From contig NMRA01000321.1 of assembly GCA_002633005.1 (NCBI GenBank), positions 244,724 to 308,723 on the forward strand: a stretch of DNA of 64,000 nucleotides, given 5' to 3'. Below, one piece after another: positions 13,397 through 26,000 of this stretch; position 1 is the first letter of the stretch, and each line of letters starts with the position of its first letter. Source of the stretch: Phoronis australis. Lineage: Eukaryota > Animalia > Phoronida. The notes under the pieces are model-generated. The model ran no database searches and had not been told where the DNA came from. It saw only the letters and a program-made list of their open reading frames with translations. The position numbers and the translations under genes are program-made.

Positions 13397-13830
13397 CTCT
13401 GGACTAGAAATTCCACGGGTGCTTCGATTCCGCCGTCCATATTACACAAGGGTTCAACAAACAATGAGAAATTGTTCTTTCTTATAATACAATTCACGGT
13501 GCCCTGCTTCATCGAGTTCGCAAGAAATTTGCTGCCAAAGCACAAAAATGTTCCCAAAAAGCCCAAGCACACTTTCGAGGTCAAGGACGGTACGGAAATT
13601 ACCGATGAATTATGGATGGACGGCGTTATCGACATCGTGACTTTACGTGACAAACTGGCAATTTCCGTACGGTCCCTGACCTCGAACCGACTAAGTGCAA
13701 AGTGTGTTTGGGCTTTTTGGGAACATTTTTGTGCTTTAACAGCTAATTTTTTGCGATCACGCTGGAGCAGAACACCGTGAATGGTATTATAAGAAAGAAC
13801 GATTCCTCATGGTTTGTTGAACCCCCGTTT
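13397..13830. mobile_element. Foldback-type MITE (~155-bp inverted arms)
   Basis: 13449-13603 is the approximate reverse complement of 13657-13826, e.g. TTCGAGGTCAAGGACGGTACGGAAATT vs AATTTCCGTACGGTCCCTGACCTCGAA. Confidence 0.8.
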
Positions 13831-14580
13831 TGTGGTGCCAAGGTATATGAACCGGATAAGAAACTACTGGCGCTCTCGCTAGCATTGCAGAGAACGAAGG
13901 AGTTTTGACATTGATTTTATTTTAAAAGTCAATCTGGTGGTTAGAAGACTAACGAACTGCTGGCGAAATCACCCCTTCGTGGACAGACCTTCTGTAGGGT
14001 TGAAACGCTAGCGTTGGCTGGCGCTTAAGTCAGTGAAAGTGCTTTCGTTTTCGTCATTCAGGACCACCAAACGCACTGACTTTGTCGCTGTGGTCATTTG
14101 TTTGGATCGGATATTTTGTGATTGCTGACACATTTGTAAAGCGACAGTTGACCCGATATGATAGATTAGAATACGTCAATGATTTTTTCCGCCAATGACA
14201 TATTGGTGGCGGTATGGTAGTGCAAACGAATAGACGGATTTTACGATAAAAAGTACAACACCACATTTTGCTACACAGGGTAGCGCTATTGCGGAATGCA
14301 ATGTTTTGAAGTACGGATTAGGCCAAGTTGTCTTTCACGATTTTTTGTTCACGTCTACATGTATCTCTGCAAAGACGTAATTGCTATGTTGTTCAAAGTC
14401 ATTGCGACCAGTAACACCAAGACGGTGCAGACACTTTCTTCGTCTTTTTAATGGCGATATGTTCAAGTGTGTTGTTTACTAGCAGGATCTATCGTGATCT
14501 CGCCGAAGTCAGATTAGAGCGAATAAACCCAGTGCCGTCAATAGTTAGCCCTTCATATACATGTACTAACTGTTAACACG

Positions 14581-14691
14581 TGCTTAGTACCCCAGGTGAC
14601 GCGCACATCGTATCGATAAGTGATTGTTAGTTACTGGAAACACTTGCCTAGTACCCCCAGGTGACGCGCGCATCGTATCGATAAGTGATTG
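14581..14691. repeat. Direct repeat, 2 copies, 64-bp period
   Basis: TAGTACCCCCAGGTGACGCGC..ATCGTATCGATAAGTGATTG occurs twice. Confidence 0.85.
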
Positions 14692-14983
14692 ATCAGGGTT
14701 AACCAAAACAGAACACTTTCCGGAATCGGTTACGAAAAATTTGCTGCGCGATTCCTCACTGTCAGTTACTTTCATCCAATCAGATTGCATGTAGGTGCAA
14801 GCTCAGCCGTTGGAAATAATATTATTAAAGTTCACAGACAATTAATAAATTGATTAAAATGAATGAACCCGTCTACCAAAGCTGACAATCAAGTTTTGAA
14901 TTATATATATACATGTATAGTGACATACTCATGGCCTTGTGGACTTCAATATTGGATTCTCTCAGCCGCCTACATTATACATA

Positions 14984-16303
14984 CCGTATTCGACCTAATA
15001 AGCGCCCATGCTCCTATACGCGCTCCCATGTGTTTTCAGACTTCGCTCAAATAAGCGCCCAACCCATGAACGTTTACATGCAAAAATGATTTACCTACAG
15101 TCCTACAATTCTATAGTAACGTCTTCCATTTTAAATGACTTTTGAGTAAAAACATTATTTTAACAAGAATAACTCGGCGTTTCATAAAAGGTCACGACCT
15201 CCGATCCCTGGCCTCTGACATGTAAAAAGTTGGCGATTAGAGAAAGGTAGATCGAGTTATTGCAATGTTTCTCGTTTGTTCTCAGTTGTTTTCCTCCTGA
15301 TCTAATTTAAAGCCCTCGTGGATTTTGTGGAATCCTCCAAAATACACTCGGGCTTTAGAATACGGAGGACAACGGCTTTGCCATGTATTAATCTGTATTT
15401 CATGCACGGATAGCATTGCATCGGCAAGAAATGAATATTGCCACAAATATCTAATACCGTAAAAATTAATTAACCATAGTTGGTGTTTTTAAAATCAAAT
15501 ATCTGATCAAAATGCCCACTGATAGCGAATACCTCAGAACACTTACACCCGAATTTCCAGGAACTTAAATAACTATCGGACTGTCACGCATCCAGTCACC
15601 CGGCGACTCAAGACATTAATATATTCGGCCTTACCGAGACAATATCAAACGTTTTACTAATAGAAGAGACCAGAAAGTGCTAAATAAAACAAGTTCTGCT
15701 TTACTGTTTATGTTATTTTCTTTAGTTGAATGTAAACCTTGCTCGTTACATTGCGTTTACCCTGGCAAATGAACACTGATGACATGCACGCGCTCGCTCG
15801 CACAAACGCAGAGAACCGGTAAAACAAACGCCAAGTGACAACAACTTAAAGATTTTTCTCGTGTAGCGACCTTGTGCAGATCTGGACTTAACCTGCTGTT
15901 AATCCCGACTACGAAGAACTTAAAAATCTTAACGACGCTGTTCGGAAAATTTCAGTGAGGATTTCTGGTACTTTGTTAAGTCGAAATTGTATTTTTATAC
16001 AAGTTGCCATGTCGACGATCGCAAGGCAGTGACTCCTCGCGATTTTTCGCCCTGGGATATCAGAACAATTTTCTGTAAAACGATATAAATTAACAATGAA
16101 GTTTGATAGCAATGCATCCCGGCTTTGTAGAAAGTCTTTCATAGGTTACAAATACAGTGCAGGTGACAGAGTGTTAATCTGGTGAATCGTAGCTTTCAAT
16201 TTCACCTGTTTCGGCGACCGGTTTTCAACCGCCTTAGGTTACAGTAAGAGCCCTTTGAAGCGAAATTGTCTAAGCGCCCGGGCGGTTATTAAGACGAATA
16301 CGG
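14984..16303. mobile_element. pogo/Tigger-like non-autonomous DNA transposon, TA TSD
   Basis: TA|CCGTATTCGACCTAATAAGCGCCC ... GGGCGGTTATTAAGACGAATACGG|TA. No coding capacity. Confidence 0.8.
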
Positions 16304-16344
16304 TATACGCATTTGCAGCATCTAACGTAGTATTTCTACTAACA

Positions 16345-18210
16345 GAGAACGCAACGATAAGCGATCGGGACTGCAAATGTGTGTTTGTTTATGCGATCGG
16401 GAACGTATTGTGGTGTGTCGAACAGTAATGAACTTGTTACTTATAAAACGTGAAAAAGGTTACAAAATAAGTGTGGTGCAATGAATTAATCACATTTTGT
16501 GTCGTTACTGTGTTACTTTCGTATCAAAACTGAACAACAACATAGCATATTTCTATTAAATTGCCATGAGCACTACATGTACGTCAAGCATAATTTTAGT
16601 TTCACAAACGGATTTATTCTCATTTCATGATAAAAGTTCACTGTTAATGTGAGGCGAGCTTCAACGAACATTTTACCCACGACGTGCAGGTACACCCGAC
16701 CAGGGTTTTGAAAAGTACAGGCCAGGCATCTACATTTAGATCAAATCACTGAGCACAAGGGTTTCTAAACTGAAGACTCACCCAGCAGTTGTTCCATATA
16801 GCCTGTCACCCAGGGGTAAATAAATTTTTGCAGCACCGAGATGAAAGCGAGTGGAAAATCTTCTTGTAAAATTGCAAAAGGAAAAAAAAACAAATAGCCA
16901 GTGAAGTCAAAGAATGATGATGAGCTAGCTTGCCCATGGGGAGAAAGGGGAGGGCGGTAACACTTCACGAGATTATTCAAAGATTCTCACTCATAAACGT
17001 CTGGGGTCAAAAAATTGTCCAGAAGTTGTGTAAGACTGGTGTGCTGATAAAACGGGAGGGATTTTACTTGATGTTTTACTGATAACATCGATACAGAGAT
17101 GAACAGATTGGCTTGCGGCACCGTGTGACTTGAATGTACGTTGTGTTGGACTCTTCTGTTTTGTAGTATTGGCCCTAAGTTCACCTGCATCATCAGTTCA
17201 TGATCTTGAGTTTAATGTGACATTTAAAAAGATTGAGAGATATGATACACGTACTATATTGTGATTTTCTCAAAACGTACTCGATATGTTGTTATTAACG
17301 TCACTTCAACTACACACTGTAGTGATTTACACATGAAATCAACAATATTATAGCATTCCTATTATAATATTAATCTTTTATCACACGTACCTCAAAATTG
17401 GTCTTAAAAAATATGTAAATTTATTTATAGGGAAATCAACAAAACAAATTCATTGAACATTTTCGACAAATTACTTTTGGAATGTATTAGACTAAATCAT
17501 CACTGAATCATAGACAATGTATTTAGGACTGATTGATAGGAAATCAACAACAATATGAAAGCAATTCCTACAATAATCATAGACATATATTTTCATTTAA
17601 AATACTCATTGGTCAGAACAATTGTATGTAAGTATTGCCCAATGACACTTAGTATGGCCATTTAAATCTACCTAAACACTACAAAAATGTACTGGTTCTG
17701 TTAAAGATCATTTTGAACTAACACAAATATAGAAGGAAACTTGAAGATTAAAGGTTCAAAACAAAACGTAAAAATACAATCAGATCAGACAACTACCAAC
17801 CACAGACTTTGTAAATCTGAATTAACTATAGTGACTTAACCATCTTCATCACTGGACTTAATGATTTCATTCATGACCTTTCTGCTTGCTATGCCTGTAG
17901 AAGGAGGCTTACTGTTTGCATGGCATGCCACATCCAGCACAAAAAGAGTGTCTTCGTGCTGTGACGCAGTGTTGCCTCATGATTACACTTTCCGTGAAAC
18001 GCTGATCACAGATAGGACGCTAAATCGACCTGGTTCCGGAGCACGATGCTTTATGCTGAGTTTTACTATATTGGTAAAAAGCTCTTGACGCATGCAACGC
18101 GTCAATCATAGGGCTGGTAAAGGTCTTGCTTTGTTGTAGTGTCACTGTATTTTATTGCCATGTGGTCATACTAAGTCGATTTCTTAGTTCCTGAACGAGG
18201 CTCCATCACA

Positions 18211-18271
<61 letters not shown>

Positions 18272-18985
18272 CGTTGTGACATGCAGCAGTTGTACTACGC
18301 TTTCTTGGAGGCGTGGACGTTAACACCCTGAAGGACTCGTTGTGTGACTACAGTTCAACTGAAAAAATCAAACGCATTCAGTTATGTTTGTTAGACTAAA
18401 TCTCACTCAGAAATAATGGAAAACCGATGAAATGTAATTAATAATTGACCCACCAAGTAATTCAGGCTCCGTATTATTCTAAAATTTTTGACATAATACC
18501 GTAACTGCCGACTATTCACGATCGCCATAGAGAATTAACGACATCGTTCCCAATCGCCGTCTCACACAAGGACCTGCTTGTATTGGGAAAGATCTCAAAT
18601 TGTTTCACAAATCATAACTAACAAAGGCATTACCAGGGACGATTAAACTATAAACGTCACGCGTCTCTTCTTGAGAACCCTGAAATTGCTAATAGCAAGT
18701 AGAAATTGTCGATTTTACGAGGCGGAAGGCATTTTACCGAAAGCCGATGCTTTCTGAGCTCTTTATTTTAAAAAATAAGCAAAAGCCAAGTATTATTTCA
18801 GATCTACAACAGAGGTTACACTCCGACGCTTTTCTGTGTGTAGCATTCGTACCAAAGTGTCCTCTATTTAAGCAGAAAAACACACTTAAACTCACCGGGT
18901 ACCTGACTGTCGTCTGCCATTCTTGGCGCAAGGCCTCGTTCTAGATCGCCTTCCGGGCGTTCTCGATCACGGGTTGGCCGGGGTG
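16345..18985 (-). mobile_element. Truncated copy of ~3-kb non-autonomous TIR element (other copy 45593-48957)
   Basis: Collinear diverged homology to the reverse complement of 45593-48550. End CACCCCGGCCAACCC on the minus strand. GCGATCGnGAACG subterminal motifs. Confidence 0.85.
18214..18269. repeat. (CA)n microsatellite
   Basis: Directly visible. Absent from the paralogous copy near 46380. Confidence 0.95.
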
Positions 18986-20210
18986 AAAATGGTTCGTACA
19001 GTATGTGGCCGAGGGAAAAATTGTTCGTACACTTATCTGCGTCGTTAAAATCAATTTCTAGACAAAGCGCCAATTACTCAGGTTATCAGCACCAGCGGTT
19101 TGCTGCACAACTTATTCACGCAGTCTCTATTTTAAAAATGAGCCTCTTTTTTGGTTTTCAAAGCAAAGCATTCTACGCTTAATAACAGTACAAAGCGTGA
19201 TTTTCATTATTATGCGCACAAAATTAAGACTGTGAAGGAAAATACTAGTCACAAAAAATGAAGTTCGCGTATAAGCCAACAACACGCTAGACTCGACAAA
19301 GCCGGCTGCAAAGCCCAAGAATGTTGTTTTTTTCTTTGTCTTACCGAGTCGTGGCTTCAGGCGATCCGGCGAACGCGCTTCTTTCTAGAAGCGGAATAAT
19401 ATTCGGGGTATTCGTACGCAGCGTGTTTTTAACTTTTACGCCTATTAGGTTGGGTGCTCAAATTTGGCGGCGAAGGAAATCGAAGAAACGGTGTAAACGT
19501 TGAATAGTTTTCCGAAATTCGAGTGAAGCGAATGCGCGGCCTCGACATTTTACGCACACCCGTTCGCCAACGCGTACGAATTCTTCGGTTTCGCGTCTGT
19601 GATATAGGCCTACTGCGAAATTACGGCGACTGGACTGTGCGCGTTTTTCACCTATTCTTACCGTTATAAGTATGTTTATGTTACAGATAAGTGGCCAAGA
19701 TCTCAACCTTTATTCCAGTCTTCAGACCGGTGTGATAGAAAATTCCATTTCATGTCAATTTTTTGGAAAAAAGAGATCCTATACCCATGCACAGTCAAAC
19801 CTGGGTTTCCCTTTGTCTCTGTACTATGCTTCCTACTACTGGCCCATAGAGTCAAATGTTCAAGAGTTTCGTATTTCCCCTCCCGACCTCCCCCATTCGG
19901 CGCTACAGAGGACCAGCTGTGCAAATTTAAACACCTGGACGTTCAGAATTACACCACTAATGTGATGGTGTCACAGTTTCTAAAAGTTGGTGTATTCAAT
20001 TACTTACCAGTGGCCCGGATGTAATAGCTCAGAGACAAGCAGCCTAACGACACCTGATAGGCGTACTGTGTTTGGACATTGTTGCACTAAAATAAGCATT
20101 GCATATATACCTTGCTTTCTCTTGTCGTGAAAGCACACGGACTCTGATTTCTTTCAACGAAGCAGTAATTTCGTCATCGGGGTGCCCGAGCCATCCTGTG
20201 AAGCAGACAT

Positions 20211-20490
20211 CATGCGCGCACCTGGCCTAAAATATAGGGGAACTCGAATTCTTCTATATGTGGACCTTTTACGGAAAAAATCAACGAGGACTAAAAAACA
20301 AAGAAAAATAAACGGGGCCACTAGGTTCAGACATGCCAATCTGGCATCCGCGCCGAATTCCTGTGGAATTTTGTGGACTTTTGTCTCGTTTACTCGGACC
20401 TTTTGTTTCGCTGAGGCGGACCATTTTGCCCAATTCGCCAAATTGGGGGTCTCGTTTGAGCCCCCCGAGCTCCCCCTGGGTGCGCCCATG
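20211..20490. mobile_element. hAT-like MITE (CATGCGCGCACC end), 5-bp TSD GACAT/GATAT
   Basis: TIR CATGCGCGCACCTGG ... CTGGGTGCGCCCATG. Accounts for the overlapping GC-rich ORFs here. Confidence 0.7.
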
Positions 20491-22524
20491 GATATCAAGT
20501 GTGACGGACTCGTCGACCACTGCGTAAACCCATCTAGCGGCAACTCGACAAATGACTGCACCTCCTAGCTGCTCTTCAAAACACCGCCACGTAGCCGTGC
20601 TTAGATATGCCCGACCATGTTGTACGATCATAGAATGTAACAAACTTTCGTCGAGTCACTACCGCAATCAATGAGCGGTTGTAGTAGTTTCAAAAATATG
20701 CCAATGCAACAGAATGTGATACATAGCACCTACTAATTGACAGGAATCATTTAAAAAAATCTTTAAAATTTTCAATTTGTTAATTTTAAACTTATTGAAA
20801 AGATTGAACCAAACCAATCGCAAAACGTATACAAATATCCATATGCTCTCTTGGCCAGAACCGAAGTTCTTTGAAAAACACACGATCAACACACGACAAA
20901 TTCAGAAGTATTAGGTATGAATTTGCAGTATATTTCGCCACCAACTCAAATAAAATATCAAAATCCACCTCCGACTAAATGTTAAGAAGTTGTGTTTTTC
21001 CAACTGAAAACAAGTAGGAAGGAATAATAAAGTTTTTTGACCGGTAACTTGACGTAAAGCGAACTAAAGCGTGTATGCAGATCTTCTATTGATAAACCCA
21101 CTGAAATCTGCTGTGCGCTATAGAACAGCTCGCTTTGTAAAATGCAGAGTAAGTAGTCGCAGGTGGGGTTAGTTGCGCTAGGGTCCGGACAGCAATGAAA
21201 CCAAGCGAAACTCGTTGCAGGAGTAACTTGTTGTAGGGTAAGTTTGTGTGTGGACGGCATATTATTCGGTATTTTCTTCACCGGGCTCTGCTGCTGAGAA
21301 ATACATTCACAGAGATAGCGTCATATTGGAGAGTAGACAGAACTTTGTTTAAAGAATGGGCATGCCGGATGGTGGGCGTGCCGTCTATCGCCCTAAAAAG
21401 CATGGGCGCGCCATCAATAACTCCTTTAAACGAGATATGAATCGATTTGCAGAAATCTTTTGTAATTTCTCACACGTCACCTGGTGAGCCCGACATCTGC
21501 TTTATTCTCTAACCGGCTAGCCACCAGACGCGTCACTGTATACCTATTAGAACATAGCGTGAAAGCGTCTTGGCTGTACTTTCCATTTCCTTCTGGGGGC
21601 ATAAAACCCGGAAACCTTAAAATATGAATAGAGGAGTAAAGTACATAGACTGTGTAGGTTTTTGAATTTTAAAAATTGGCCAAGTAATAGCGATTTTATG
21701 AACAAAAACCTAAGCCTTGATCTACATTGTACATGTATTCATTAGAAGCTAGTTCCCATGTTGAGTTATCTGGTAATAATCATCACTAACTCCCAATAGA
21801 AACCGGGCCTGAAACAATGCAAATAGAAACCGGTCGTGACGAATTATTCTGGTCATGACGTGGATCCAGCTGGAAACATCATTACAAACTATACAATGCA
21901 TGCAGAAGAAATGCTTTGCACTGTATTGTGTGACAAGTACAATTAATTCAAACAGTTATACAGTGTAGGTACAACATTCGTAAGAAAAATAAGTACATTT
22001 ACCCATCCCAGTTGGGACTGTTAGTCACTTTGAACTACACATCCCAGATGTACTATAATGCGACGATTTCTAAGCTCAAAAGCAGACTTGACGAATTGCC
22101 TAGGGAAATACTGAAATATCGTTTTTAACGTATCTAATCTTCTGAAATCAGCGAAGTTCGGGACTTGACTTCCGTGCGTTATAAAGAGAATAATCAAACA
22201 CAAAAAGTAACTTATCCTCCAACGAATCAGTATCACAATACAAGCTAAGTCTTTCACTTACAGCTGTGTTTACACAACAAACAGTTTTCAAGTGCAATGG
22301 GGGATTTCCAGCTCTAAACCGAGCCAAAAGAGATCGCTCTGAACGAAATTAATTGTGCTTCACATAAAAAACCGTGCTTAAATGAAATGTAGTTTCTTAA
22401 CTTGGTTTTGTTACAACAGACTCAACCCAAACATGTTTCGAGTTTTCAAATAGTTTGTTTATATCATTTATAAGTAGTCAAATTTTGAAAACAGGATTGC
22501 ATGCCAATTACGTTATAGAAATTT

Positions 22525-23055
22525 TTGGTACCATCTATCCAGCCATTTCTTCCAACAGAGTACTCCAGAAGAAATACGTTTAACAATAACCTATCACCAC
22601 CTGTGGTCACTAGTTTGTTCCAAAGACCCAACGTATTTAATCTAAATCTGTTTCCGGTCCAGTCTCACGCCATGTCACCACTAAACAGCATGAGTGGCTG
22701 TAAATCGGTTGACTCCTGGATGCTCTGTTTTGAATACTTTGTTCATTATCAAAATTTTTGTAGCCCGAAACAGATGACCCGTAATCACAAAAGCGGTGTC
22801 ACATACGAATTAAATAATGTTTTAAATGTTTCGAATCCTAGGTTCTTGTTAACACGGAATGTTGAGCATATCTTCCCTAACGCTGTAGAGGAAGCATCAG
22901 ATACATGTAACGTATTCAAATTTTCTTTGAAGTCAAGGTGTTGATCCAGAATACAGCTTAAATATTTGTATGCAGATTTATAACTAATGACACTGTTTAA
23001 GATAAATTTAATTTTTCTTCTAGGTATGGACTTAGCTCGAAAATGGACAACATAT
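22525..23055 (-). pseudogene. Decayed non-LTR retrotransposon (LINE) reverse transcriptase C-terminal fragment
   Basis: VVHFR...SAYKYLSCILDQHLDF...LGFETFKTLFNSYVTPLL matches the LINE ORF2 YKYLG...LDxxL and LYxSxVxPxLxY region. Contains stops/frameshifts. Confidence 0.7.
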
Positions 23056-26000
23056 GTCAAGTGTTTTCATTCCCAGCTTCACTTTCGTCACCATCTCAGT
23101 GGAAGTATACGTTCATAACCCCTTGGGTTTTTTACATTTTTTAGAATTCTTGTTTGCTTTCAATTCTCGAATAAGTAAATTTTTAAGATTGGGCGATTGT
23201 TTAATCCTTGCTCTATTCCTAAACCGAGGCTGTCTTCTCGCGGGAATGAGGGCTGTCACGTGTTACTCTCTTTGTCTAGCCTCAATTATATTAAAATATC
23301 GTTGCCTTGGATAAGTTCATTCAAATAGGCAAAGTGCTCTCAATCTCTAGTACCTATGATCATTGTTCGAGCTTCAGCAAATAAATGTGCTGGCCCGTTG
23401 GGCTAGTTACTTGAATATGAGACCATATCCACATAGGGCCTTTAAGTGAAAGTTTACTGGCCCGGCCGCAAATCTACTGGCTCCGGACCAGCGGGCCAGC
23501 GTGTATTTCGAACGCTGACTAGGATCAAACTAATTGGTAGAATTTGCTAACAACAGCTTGACTGACTGGAGTTCGCTTGTGCACATGTATACTGCAAAAC
23601 CTCAGCGAATTCCAATTTTAGTCGAGTTTTGCATACTTTCCAATGTTGACTGGAATTCATTTGCTGAAATAATCAGTGCAGGTGATGCAGGACCTTAGAA
23701 AAATGTCCAAATTTGGCCAACTTCGGAACAAGATATCACAAAAATGGCTGATCAGATTCATATCAAAATTGCCGATACTATGGCGTATGTACCGCTCCCA
23801 AAATCTTGTAAGGAATTGTTTTGGAATTGTTCCAATTTTGGGTGGCCCTAAGGGGACATCTAAACAGAACTATTGTGATTTTCATGAAAAAATAAACTTG
23901 CACACGACGAAAACGTAATGTTTTTTAAAAAACTGCAACGGCTTTTTGAGATTTCACCTTGATAGAATTTGGTCATTATCGACACCGCTGTTTTACCATC
24001 GATGCCCCTTTGTTTCTTGTTGGTAAATTTTAATCTACTAAGACATGGTCACGTGACCCAATACAGTGCAGATAAGTAAAAAGTCAAAAATCAAGTTCTG
24101 CACGTTTTCTGCTTTCTGAAAACTATAGTTTTACTGATTTAAAATTCACAAGGTTTAGATATTTTCCAAAATACACAGACTTCTACACAACTTAAGGCTC
24201 ATTTCTTTTATTTGTCTATTGTGGCTCACATTGTTTTATATGTAGGCTGTACACATTTATATTAATGAGTATTTCTACGTATTGGGTGTCAAACCTTATA
24301 TAGAATGACACTATCAATATTTTATACAGCTAAGCATTTTGTGTGCATTCAAGCCACTTCTCCGAACCCAAAGGTGGATTTGATTTGGAATCCGGTGCGC
24401 ACTTGTGGGTCTATTGGTTATTTCAACGTACATTTTTGTGGAGGAGTGCAGGTATGTCCACGGACGGAATTTTCATTTGTTTGCCCAGTAACTTCGGGGC
24501 ATTTTGGGCCCACAGGCCTCAAGAGACAACCCATTTCCCTCCTTCATCCAAGTGCTCCATTTCAGTTCAAACAATTTAATCAACGGAAGTTGAACAAAAC
24601 TTAGTGAATTAGTGTTTATTAACAGATGACATAAATGCGACTTTTAATGATAGTTCTTCAAACAACCTAGAGATGGCCTCAGCAAATACAAATCCAAAAC
24701 AATACAAGCTTTATGTGTACAATGAGATATAATCACTAATGACACTCGTTTCCTCTTGTATTTATATAATGAAATGTACATGTATGCAAAAAACTGGTGG
24801 GCGTCAATCGTAGGTAAGATATATAAATTGTTTAGAAAGTTTCTCCACATGTAGTCTTCTTTATCACGATGGACAAATGTGATACGAATTTTAGTAAAAT
24901 GTTGATTTTCATAGGTAAGTCATGTTTTATGCTCATCTTAGCAAGCGCCCGTTGATAACAAGGTTTGGAATAAGTTTGCTCAAATGGACCCATACAGTGT
25001 ACCTAGTGTACGCTTTTAGATTCAAATCAATATCAAAGTTTTAAACAATATGATTATATTCTCCATGCTTATTTCAACCTTTTATGTGCTCGGTTGGATT
25101 AAATTGAATGTTACAGAGCATATCTTAGAGTCTTGTCTGTTAGTAAGAATGTGGTGTCAATTGCAAAAATATGGATCACCGTAAGAGGATTCGATCTTTT
25201 TTGGGGCAATGAAACACGAGCGCAGCTAAAACTCTGGTTGGCGTAAACTGTAAATAGAGCAAGGAGTCGTTCACAGTAAACTGCATGCGTATTAATGTAC
25301 CAATTCCTTTTTTGAAAATTTCGTCACACGTTTTAAGATGAAATGCATGTCAATTTTACAAATCCATATCACATATATTGAAGTCGGTAAAGTTTACAAT
25401 TTTCGTTTTAAATTTTGCTTTTACTTTCTGTCACCTTTACAATGGCGTTTGTCGACTTTGTCCATTAAGTTACCTAAATGTCCAAATTTGGCAAACATTG
25501 GAACAACACATCTCATAAATGGCTGCTCAGATTTGTATGATCCCATGCCTAGTGCGATGCACTCCAAAATTTCTTTAGGAATCGATTTTTAAAGTTCGTC
25601 ACTTTTTCACGAGGGCTATCAAAATAGGACTTTTATTGTAGATAAGAGGCAATTCAAAGATGCACAAAACCTACACGAATCGAAATGATAATTTTGAATT
25701 TCTTCTTGAGCATTTATAGCAACAAAATTGTTGTTGATACATTTGTTTTGTTATGAGCGAACCTACTGTATCTTAGACACGAGAGGTCATGAATCCACGC
25801 TGGTAATACTTTACTTTATTATAAAACATTTAGGTGAACTGAAATTCTCCCATTTCCATATGAGCGCATTCAGAATGTCAGATTTATCTCCGACTGAATT
25901 TCATTTGAGATGTAAGCATATTTACCTTAATTACAATGCTCTCCTTGATTAATTTTTCATTAAAGTCATAATCTGTAAGGTTAACCCAGTTCAATCACTT

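Noticed and set aside
13300-13780. 152-aa and 117-aa ORFs
   Set aside because: Arise from the foldback palindrome and show no recognisable domain.
20154-20643. Overlapping 120-135 aa ORFs on both strands
   Set aside because: Coincide with a GC-rich MITE (20211-20490) and show no protein motifs.
23700-25590. Diverged ~100-bp direct repeats at ~23705 and ~25480 (possible LTRs)
   Set aside because: No TG...CA ends, PBS/PPT or TSD. More likely subrepeats of an old DNA element.
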